Source: an uncultured Armatimonadia bacterium (GTDB taxonomy: Bacteria > Armatimonadota > Zipacnadia > CAVVLO01). From it: a stretch of DNA of 64,000 bases. Of this stretch, positions 1 through 8,135 are shown piece after piece. Numbering within the stretch: the stretch's first letter is position 1; each line of letters opens with the position of its first letter. Both the position numbers and the translations under genes were made by a program. The stretch is from positions 1-64,000 of the forward strand of contig CAVVLO010000002.1 of the NCBI GenBank assembly GCA_963749155.1. The letters run 5' to 3'. The notes below the pieces were generated by a model. The model did no database searches. It was not told the origin of the DNA and saw only the letters and a program-made list of their open reading frames with translations.

Positions 1-57
1 TGCGAGGAGAAGGGAGCGGCAGGCGTGAGTCGACTACTCGAACTCGTGCAAAGGTCG

Positions 58-2444
58 TTACGAAGGCCCATCCGGCTGATCCAAGAGCTCCGGGCGCCCC
101 AGCTTGTCCAGTTCTGCTTGAGCCTTGGCGACGAGGCCCTGTTTCTGATAGACGAGGGCCAGGTTGTAACGCGCCCTTTCATCGTTTGGGGAGAGCTTGA
201 GGGCCTTTAGGAGCTGCACCTCGGCTTCCGACCACTTGCCCTCGTCGATGTACACAGCGCCCAGGTTCGTGAGGACTCGGGGGTCAGTCGGGTCCAGTTC
301 CAGCGCCTTCTGGTACTGGGCAAGGGCCTCGGCGGATCGCCGCTGGGCTCGGTACAGGTTGCCCAGGTAGAACCGGGCCAGCTTGCTCTCTGGTGTCAGC
401 TCCAGACACTTGCGGTAGTCCTGTTCAGCTCCCGCGTATTGCTTCTCGGCAGATCTGAGCTTGCCCCGGCGCAGATAGGCGTCCCCAGGATCAGCGCCGG
501 GGCCGGACCTTGCTTGTCGAGCTTGGCGATCGCCAGGCCTGCCTCTTCGAGCGCCTCCTCGCCCTGCCCCTCGGCCATGAGACCTTCGGCAAGCGCCAGG
601 TGAGCGCTGGGCGAGTCCTCGAGCGCAACGGCCCGCCTATACTCAGCCACAGCCTGCGCGGTATCGCCCAGGTTCGAGTAGACGACTCCCAGGTTGAAGT
701 GCAGGCGCCCGTAGTTCGGCGCCAGGCGGCCAAGCGACTGGTATGCTGAGAGCGCCCCCTCATAATCGCCGGTCATGTTGAGCACGTGGCCCAGCTGGTA
801 GTAGGCGTCAAGCGAGTACGGATCCAGCCTGAGGGCCTCGGTGAGCTGCGTCCCGGCAAGCTCCCACACGCTCTGCTGGCTGGCTAGTCTTCCCTGCTTC
901 AGGTGGTAGCCAGCAGCGAAGGCGCGCACCACCGCTACGCTGCCGAGGACTGCAGCCAGGGCTATCACTACCGACGCTGCTGCCAGCCGGCTGGCCGGCC
1001 AGGCGTTCCCTCTGGCTGTGATAACTGAGGTGCCAGGAGCTTCGCTGCGGTTACTCCGGCTCTGCTGTTCTGCCACCGTAACTAGCGCGAGCAGCAACCA
1101 GAAGAACAGGCCGCCGAACACCCACCTTAGCGTCACGCCTGCCAGGTTCTGCACCATGAACGCCACAAGCCCGCCAAGCGCCCCGCTGGCAAGGTAGCGC
1201 CAGCGGGCCTCGGCCAGGCGAGCCGCCCTCACCGCCGTTACGACGCAGGCAACTGCAAGCCAGAGGAGCAGCCCCAGCCCGATGAGGCCCGTCTCGGCCG
1301 CGGTCTCCAGGAACTCGTTGTGGGCGTGATCCACCATCGTCGCGGCGCCGGTCGAGTAGAACTCGGGCGACTCGAACTCGGGGAAGTGGATCTCGAAGGT
1401 GCCAAGGCCCGCGCCCGTGACGGGATGGGCCTTGAACATCGCAAGCGCCCCATGCCAGATACCAAGGCGCTGCACGTTCGAGGCTTCGTTCGTCTGGAAC
1501 GAAGAGGCAAGTCGTGAGGACATCGACACGGGACTGTGGCCGAGTGTCCAAAGGGTCGCCACCGCGAAGGCGAAAGCCAGCCAGCCGATCCTCAGGTACC
1601 ACGCCTTCCCGGTCTCTTCCGTGGTTGCTCGCTTCAGGCTGAGCAGAAGCCCAGTAACCACGAGCCCCAGCGCCAGCCCAAGCCACGCCGCCCGCGTGTA
1701 GGTGAAGAGCAGGCAGACATACATCAGCAGGGCCAGCGTGCCGGCGGCGAGCCGCCCTGCCCTCGTCTCCGCCTGCACGTGCAACACCACCGCCAGTGGA
1801 AGCAACAGTACCAGCCAGGCCGCAAAGAAAGTGGGATTACCGAAGGAGGAGAGCAGGCGTAGTTCCCTCGGGTACCACTCAATCCAGTCGATGCCCCAGT
1901 GCTGGAGCAACCCGTAGACGCAGGTCAACAGTGACGCGCTCATCACCACTGCCAGCAGCCGGCCCAGTTGCCCTCTCTCGGCCGCCAGATCAACGACCGC
2001 GATATAGAGCAGCGCGTAACCGGCGAGGTGGCCGAGGGCAGTGAGACTGGCGTACAGATAGCCTGACAGCAGCCCCGAGACGACATCCCAGGCGAGCATG
2101 CAGGCAAGGGGCAGGAACAGGGGCGAACGTCCCAGCCTGAGCCGCTCCCCGCGCATCAAGCGGACCGTCAGGAGGACTGCAAGCGCGATCGAGCCGAGGC
2201 CGAAGAGCAGGTCTTTGATGGCGTTGGCGTTCGCCGTGCCCGGCCAGATGGCAAGCGGCACCAGGAAGACCATCAACAGCACGATGGTCTCGCTCGCGCC
2301 CGTGAGCCAGCTCTTGGGGTTGGCGGGGTTTGGTTGAGTACCCGGATGTCTCCTTGCCACGACCCGATGGCCTCCCCGGTGCGCCTTAAGTCGCACACGT
2401 TCTGGCTGTCGTCCTAACGCTGGTTTCGGTGCAGGGCTGTGCAT
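58..2444 (-). CDS. O-antigen ligase (Wzy_C)-like membrane protein with C-terminal TPR repeats; split by a frameshift near 490-510; true start probably downstream of 2444
   Basis: Multi-TM ORF 396..2444 has SSFGNPTFFA, TYTRAAWLG, RLGIW, GAGLGTF and HAHNEFLE motifs, then TPRs. A second frame continues TPRs (DAYLRRG...ARFYLGNLY...ARYNLALVY) to the stop at 58. Confidence 0.85.
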
Positions 2445-2653
2445 ACCTGCTGATAAAGGGACAGCTCCCCCGTGGCCTCAGTGTCCGGGTGCCCAGGTCG
2501 CCTGCCCCCCGGAGCCCCTTGACTGGCAGCTGTGACATCAGCAGGTGAGCACTATGCCAGCTGCAAACCCCGCCAGGGCAGCTAAGAGGGCGGCCGGATC
2601 CAGAGACCGACTGATCGCCAGCGAACCGCCAGGCGGACATGGAGGAGGCCATT

Positions 2654-2815
2654 ATGACTGCTACGCCAGGTATTGCATCACGATCGCTGGGAGCAGTGCG
2701 ACTCGAAGCAGCCCACTTTGCTGGCGAGGTCAGTGATCGCTGCTGGCCCAGGACGCCCCAACTGAAGACCGAACCCGCCTTCGGGAGCGGCCGAGGGGCT
2801 TTCAAGCCGCACTAG
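2654..2815 (+). CDS. Possible 53-aa small protein (MTATPGIASR...)
   Basis: Strong SD GGAGGAGG at 2641-2648, ATG at 2654, TAG at 2813-2815. Below the ORF-track cutoff; no recognised family. Confidence 0.3.
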   Translation: MTATPGIASRSLGAVRLEAAHFAGEVSDRCWPRTPQLKTEPAFGSGRGAFKPH

Positions 2816-3119
2816 CTTACAAAACGCGGTTTTCGTTGTCGCGGTCTTCCTCGAGCAATCGAGTGGCCAAACCTTGCCGCTCGCGGCCCCATTTCACATC
2901 GAGAATCCGGCGAATGAATGGACCGAGTGGCGCGAGTATCGCCAGGAATTTTACGGATCCCAAGTTGACGCAGCCCTCTTGGGACGATCGAGCGTCCAGG
3001 CTCTGCCGAGTGGGCAAGCGCTGGAGCAGGCAGTCATCCCACCGCTCAGGCCCGCTGGGGCGCGCTTGAGGGCCTGTGGGAGGCACGGCCGCCCGCGCTT
3101 CGGCCCAAAGGGCTGATAA

Positions 3120-4080
3120 CAGTGGTTGCGCCTTCCCGGACGCTACTAGATGGCGCTGTGGAGCCAAATATGGCGGCCAGTCATTTATGGTTGGGACTTT
3201 GTGGCCTGGAGAGCGAAAAGCCAGGTTTTTGGGGGGTTTCGGCAGCCAGCCTCGTACCGCCAAGCCGCACCGGTACTGGGATACCAGAATCAGCGGTCGC
3301 AATTGGCCGGATGCCATACTAAGTTATAGAACCAGTTGCGGCCCGACGCGAAGGTACCGGTCACACACCAGGCCTTCTGCAAGGGCAGCTACCGCACCAA
3401 CCCATTGCAAGTCGACCGGTGTCCTGGAAAGCCAGGGGCAAGGGCGCTCTCACCAGAGACAAGCCTGGGCGCGTGATCGTGCCCAGGACGCAAACGCAAG
3501 CGACTGGACGGCAGTCGCGACGAATCGCATGAGCAAGTTGGTGAGCACACTATGGGCCAAAACTCGACGAACGACTATGAAGCAGAGCTTGGACAAGAGG
3601 CAGCGCCTTCCCGCACGCCACCGGATGGCGCTGTGGAGCCAAAGACGGCGGCCAGTGATTTATGGTTGGGCTTTTGCGGCCTGGAGAGGGCAAATTTGAG
3701 GCTTGCGGGGCCTTGCACGGCCAGGCCCATGCCGCCAGGCCGCGCCGGTATTGAAAGGTGCATTGGGCGGACACAAATTCTACCGATGCCACACTGTGTA
3801 TTGAAGGCTCAGTTGCGGCCCGATTCGAAGGCGCCGGTCACGGACCAGGCCTTCTGCAAGGGCAGCTATCGCACGAACCCATCGAGAGCCGACTGGTGTA
3901 CCGGTAAGCCAGGAGCGCTCTCACCAGAGACAAGCCTGGACGTGTGATCGCGCCCAGGACGCTAGCCCAAGCAACAGGACAGCAACCGAGTCGAATCGCA
4001 GTCACGAGTTGGTGATGGAGTATGGGCCAAAGACCTGTGAACGATTACGAAGCAGAGCTCAGACAAGTGGCTACGCCAGA
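3120..4080 (+). repeat. Degenerate tandem repeat, period ~470 bp (about two copies plus the start of a third)
   Basis: TATGGGCCAAA at 3551 and 4021; CAGTTGCGGCCCGA at ~3333 and ~3810; CTCTCACCAGAGACAAGCCTGG at ~3447 and ~3918; GATGGCGCTGTGGAGCCAAA at ~3149 and ~3624. Confidence 0.9.
3552..3947 (+). CDS. Hypothetical 131-aa protein encoded by the repeat unit; the upstream copy (3122-3475) is broken by a stop and frameshift
   Basis: Several synonymous third-position differences between copies in this frame (GAC/GAT, TAC/TAT, ACA/ACG, ACC/ACG, TGT/TGC). Both copies end at the same TGA. Confidence 0.45.
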   Translation: MGQNSTNDYEAELGQEAAPSRTPPDGAVEPKTAASDLWLGFCGLERANLRLAGPCTARPMPPGRAGIERCIGRTQILPMPHCVLKAQLRPDSKAPVTDQAFCKGSYRTNPSRADWCTGKPGALSPETSLDV

Positions 4081-4249
4081 TATCGTGAGGCGTTATGCGC
4101 TGGTGCTCCAGGTGCTCAGGAGAGCCAGAGGGCGCATGGCAGCGGCCCTTGCCCCGGCTGAAACAAGCTGTCCCGGTACTGGAGGTGGTAGGCGATGCGG
4201 TCAGAGCCTGAACCGCAGCAGCTGCCCGAGGAACTCACCGAGGAGCTAG
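4022..4249 (+). CDS. Small basic protein (75 aa) upstream of the recombinase operon
   Basis: SD-like GGTGATGGAG before ATG. N-terminus MGQxxxNDYEAEL is shared with 3552..3947, with synonymous changes. Confidence 0.45.
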   Translation: MGQRPVNDYEAELRQVATPDIVRRYALVLQVLRRARGRMAAALAPAETSCPGTGGGRRCGQSLNRSSCPRNSPRS

Positions 4250-4412
4250 CTCGATGGCTTGCCAGCATGGCTGTCGAGATAGTGCTGAAGAAGCGCCCTG
4301 GCGCCGACGCGAAGGGAGGTGAAAGTCAAGCCCCACCAGCTAGCGAGGGGTGACGTTCTGCTTTCAAACAAGCAGAGTTTAGTATAACCGTGACTCCAAT
4401 TGTTGTATGTTA

Positions 4413-4421
4413 TGCTATAAT
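4413..4421 (+). promoter_or_regulatory. Extended -10 sigma70-type promoter for the recombinase operon
   Basis: Perfect TGnTATAAT (TGCTATAAT) in an AT-rich patch about 255 bp upstream of the first recombinase ORF. Confidence 0.65.
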
Positions 4422-4675
4422 TGCTAGGGGTGCCTGGGAGCTGGTTTTCAAAACGTCCGAGGGGCGGAATCGCGAAATCGCGTTCCACTTGCCAATAAAG
4501 GCCCCCTCAGACGCCAGGAACGGACCGAGCGTGGCATCACGCCTGGCTCCCTGAAACCAGCCCCAGCGCTCTGGCAGAGGAGGTGAAGAAGTCACACTGG
4601 CTCATGAAGGCAGAACGCGAACGCAATACCCGGCCAGTCCGGGCAATCTCACCGATCCTGGATCGGTGACAAGGA

Positions 4676-5221
4676 GTGAAGAAGATAATGGTTACTGCAA
4701 AGCGAAGGGTCGGACTCTATACCCGAGTTTCGACTGACGATCAAGCCAAAGAGGGCTACTCACTGGGCGCCCAGCAACTGGCGTGCCGGGAGTATCTCGA
4801 CCGACTTTACGGCCCCGAGGATTACACCGTTGAGCTCTTCAGTGATGAGGGGCTCTCGGGCAGGCTCGGGTTCCTTCCAGACCACGGCCCCAAGCTCCGG
4901 CCAGGGCTGGTAGCTCTTACCGAAGCCATCGACAAGGGTCATCTCGACGCCGTTATCACCTGGCGCCTGGATCGCCTCAGCGACGATGGACGGGTCTGGT
5001 CGGACTTCCTCCGCGACCAGGTGGAGAAACACCAGCTCGACTTCATCTCGGTAAATGAGAATCTCGATCCCACGACCCCGATGGGCAAGTTCACCGTACA
5101 TATGCTGGCTATCTCGGCCCAATTCTTCGCGGAGTCCACGGCCGAGAATGACAAAGAGTCGATGCAGCAGCGCCGCGAGGCCGGCTACTCAACCGGCGAA
5201 GGAAGGAAGGAGACCATATGA
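4676..5221 (+). CDS. Serine recombinase catalytic-domain-only protein 1 (start may be ATG 4688)
   Basis: YTRVSTDDQ, DEGLSG, RPGL, WRLDRLSD, TPMGKF and helix E. Ends before any DNA-binding domain; ATGA overlap with the next gene. Confidence 0.9.
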   Translation: MKKIMVTAKRRVGLYTRVSTDDQAKEGYSLGAQQLACREYLDRLYGPEDYTVELFSDEGLSGRLGFLPDHGPKLRPGLVALTEAIDKGHLDAVITWRLDRLSDDGRVWSDFLRDQVEKHQLDFISVNENLDPTTPMGKFTVHMLAISAQFFAESTAENDKESMQQRREAGYSTGEGRKETI

Positions 5222-5760
5222 AGACAACTAGCCACAACCGACCTCATGTCGGTCTTTACACCCGAGTTTCGACTGACGAACAAGCCAGAGAGGGCTACTC
5301 ACTGGGCGCCCAGCAACTGGCGTGCCGGGAGTATCTCGACCGACTTTACGGCCCCGAGGATTACACCGTTGAGCTCTTCAGTGATGAGGGGCTCTCGGCC
5401 AGGCTCGGGTTCCTTCCAGACCACGGTCCCAAGCTCCGGCCAGGGCTGGTAGCTCTCGCCGAAGCCATCGACAAGGGTCATCTCGACGCCGTTATCACCT
5501 GGCGTCTGGATCGCCTCAGCGACGATGGACGGGTCTGGTCGGACTTCCTCCGCGACCAGGTGGAGAAACGCCAGCTCGACTTCATCTCGGTTAGCGAGAG
5601 GCTGGACCCCTCGACAACCATCGGCAAGTTCACCGTGCGTATGCTGGCTATCTCGGCCCAGTTTTCTGCGGAGTCCACGGCCGAGAATGTCAAAGAGTCG
5701 ATGCAGCAGTACCGCGAGGCCGGCTACTCAACCGGCGAAGGAAGGACTGAGGCCATATGA
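5218..5760 (+). CDS. Serine recombinase catalytic-domain-only protein 2
   Basis: Near-identical core to protein 1 (YTRVSTDEQ, WRLDRLSD). SD AAGGAG; ATGA overlaps at both ends. Confidence 0.9.
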   Translation: MKTTSHNRPHVGLYTRVSTDEQAREGYSLGAQQLACREYLDRLYGPEDYTVELFSDEGLSARLGFLPDHGPKLRPGLVALAEAIDKGHLDAVITWRLDRLSDDGRVWSDFLRDQVEKRQLDFISVSERLDPSTTIGKFTVRMLAISAQFSAESTAENVKESMQQYREAGYSTGEGRTEAI

Positions 5761-6344
5761 AGACAACTAGCCACAGCAGACCCCGGGTCGGGCTCTACAC
5801 CCGGGTCTCAACTGATGAGCAAGCCAAAGAAGGCTACTCCTTGGGCGCCCAGCAACTGGCGTGCAGGGAGTACCTCGACCGGCTCTATGGACCCGAGGGT
5901 TACAGCCTCGAGCTCTTCAGTGATGAGGGGCTCTCGGGCAGGCTCGGGTTCCTTCCAAACCACGGCCCCAAGCTCCGGCCAGGGCTGGCAGCTCTCGCCG
6001 AAGCGACCGACAAAGGCCAGCTGCAGGCGGTTATCGTCTGGAAGCTGGACCGCCTGGCGCGAGATGCGCGGGTGATGCTGGAGTTCCTCCAGGATCACTT
6101 GCAGAAGCGCCAGGTCGCCCTGATCTCAGTCAGCGAGAAACTGGATCCCTCATCGGCCTTCGGTAACTTCATCGTCGGCATGCTGGCTATCTCGGCCCAA
6201 CTCTTCGCGGAGTCCACGGCCGAGAACGTCAAGGAGTCGATGAAGCGACGGCGCGAGGCCGGCTACCCGACCGGAAGGGTCGGTTATGGCTGGCGTCAGG
6301 GTTACCTGCCCGATGCTGCCGTAGAGGAAGGTGAAGCGCGATGA
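5757..6344 (+). CDS. Serine recombinase catalytic-domain-only protein 3
   Basis: YTRVSTDEQ and canonical WKLDRLAR. Extends to GRVGYGW (start of the LSR linker), then stops; ATGA overlap with 6341. Confidence 0.9.
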   Translation: MKTTSHSRPRVGLYTRVSTDEQAKEGYSLGAQQLACREYLDRLYGPEGYSLELFSDEGLSGRLGFLPNHGPKLRPGLAALAEATDKGQLQAVIVWKLDRLARDARVMLEFLQDHLQKRQVALISVSEKLDPSSAFGNFIVGMLAISAQLFAESTAENVKESMKRRREAGYPTGRVGYGWRQGYLPDAAVEEGEAR

Positions 6345-8135
6345 TTGAGCCGCGGACCAGGCCAGGGATCACGCCCGAACCGGGGCAAGCCGAAGTGGTA
6401 GAGCTGATATTCAGGCTCTACCAGGAAGGTTATGGGCTGGAGTCCGTAGCGCTACAGCTGGAGGGGAGGGGGATACCCTCCCCCTCCGGCCAGCGGCGCT
6501 GGCACGCGGGCGTGGTAAGCAGGATACTCAAGAATCCAGTCCACGCGGGGCTGATAGCCCACGAAGGACAGTTGCTCAGGGGCGCTCACTACGAGCGGCG
6601 GCTGATCGAGCCGGAGGAGTTCATCGCCGTCCAGAAGCTGTTCGACCGATATCGCAAGTTCTCTCCCCGCACCAATGGGTGCACCCGGGCGCCGCTTGCC
6701 CGACTTGTGCGCTGCGCCGAGTGCGGTAGCCAGATGGGCTCTTGTCACTCGAGCGAGAAGTCTGTTGGGTATCGGTGTATGGCGACCCGCCAGCGACGTG
6801 AGTGCAGCTCGAAGCCCTACGCACGAGGTGAATACCTCGAAGCCGCAGTATTCAAGGTGCTCGTTGAACTTGGCAGCACGCCCGAGGTGCTGAAGCAGGC
6901 AAGAAGTGAAGCCCATCACTTGCTTGAGCAACAGCGAGTCAGTGGCAATGATGATGGAGTTCGCGTCCACCGAGAACTCGAAGAGCTTGAACGGCGCGAG
7001 GCGAGGTCGGCAAGAGACTACAGTACCGGCGTGATGCACGAAGAGCTATGGACGAAGACCGCCGAAGCACTCCGCCTCGAACGCGAACGCATCGAAAGCC
7101 GGCTTGCCCAGCTTGAAGTATTGGCCTCCCACGGACGAGGGCCTGTTGATGAGTTCGCAGAGGTTGAAGCGCTGCTGGGTGACTTGCCCAGGCTTTGGGA
7201 GGAAGCCGGTCCCGAGCGCAAGCGCGCGCTATGCGAAAAGCTTATTGAACGTATCGAGGTGGGGCAGGCTGCCGGGCAAGCTTCACGTCGTACTGAGGCT
7301 CAAACAACTGCAGCCGGTCGAGTTCAACCTGCCTGTTGGCAAGCAGTGGCGCAGAGCGCACAGCCCCGAGACCCGGGGCGGGCTTAGTCGACGCGAGCTT
7401 GCCTACCTGGCGCGAGTGGCCGAGGGCTATTCTGATCGCCAGATAGCGAGCCTGTTCGGCGTCGGTCGCGATACCGTTACCTGCTATCGATTAAGGGTCT
7501 ACAAGGTCCTGGGGATTCGAGACAGGGCCGAGGCAGCAAGACTCGCTGCCCCCCAGCTAGAGGAGTGGCGCGAGTTGCTGCCCCTGGAAGGGCGCTGTCA
7601 GAAGTCGACCAGACCGCCCCGAGTGCTTACCGGGTCATTGCTGGCTACGCTCAAGGCAGCGGCAGCAGGCTGCACGGCGCGCGAAGAGGCCCTTGAGCTT
7701 GGTTGCCCCAGAAGCACCATAGAGGGGCGACGAAGCTGGGTGTTGAAGAAACTGGAATCAGCTAGCATGGAGCAGGCCATCTCCAAGGCTCTTGACCTGG
7801 GCGTTATCAGGCCCGAGGAGCCCTCGGTAGAGCTACTAATCTGCGCCTGCAAGCAGCTTGTCGGGGAGGCGGGCAGAGCCCTGCGTGAGCATCACGGGCT
7901 TGGTGAGCCAACTCCTCTGCAGCTAAGTTACCTGGAGCTGCTGCGCCAGGGGCTCAGCGGACCCAGGATCGCCAAACGATACAAGGTGAGCGATGTGGCC
8001 GTGAATGCCACCTTGCGCCGACTCTGGAAGACCCTCGGAGCGGACAACCTTAAGACCGCACTGGAGAGAATCCAGCAACTAGGGCTACCCACCACTACAT
8101 CTGATGCCATAACAGGAGCTGAGAGTAATGCGTAA
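6341..8135 (+). CDS. Large serine recombinase C-terminal half (recombinase domain, zinc ribbon, coiled coil) probably fused to three LuxR-type HTH domains; ORFs 6341..7387 and 7104..8135 join by removing one G at 7261-7264
   Basis: AEVVELIF...RWHAGVVSRILKNPVHAG; CAECG...YRC...C; LIERIEV. Then HTHs LSRRELAYLARVAEGYSDRQIA, LTGSLLATLKAAAAGCTAREEA and PTPLQLSYLELLRQGLSGPRIA. Confidence 0.8.

Noticed and set aside
3447..3546. Resemblance of GACAAGCC...GGACGCAAA to a c-di-GMP-I riboswitch
   Set aside because: No clean GNRA loop/receptor pair or second stem, and GCAAA is not kept in the second copy (GCTAG).
2817..3699. ORFs 2817..3317 (-), 2874..3116 (+) and 3076..3699 (+) as real genes
   Set aside because: No SD or family signal, and the synonymous-change pattern in the repeat favours the 3552 frame.
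3120..6344. CRISPR array or DGR template/variable repeats
   Set aside because: Repeat units are 470-540 bp and coding. There are no short repeat-spacer units, no cas or reverse transcriptase genes, and no adenine-specific bias was noticed.
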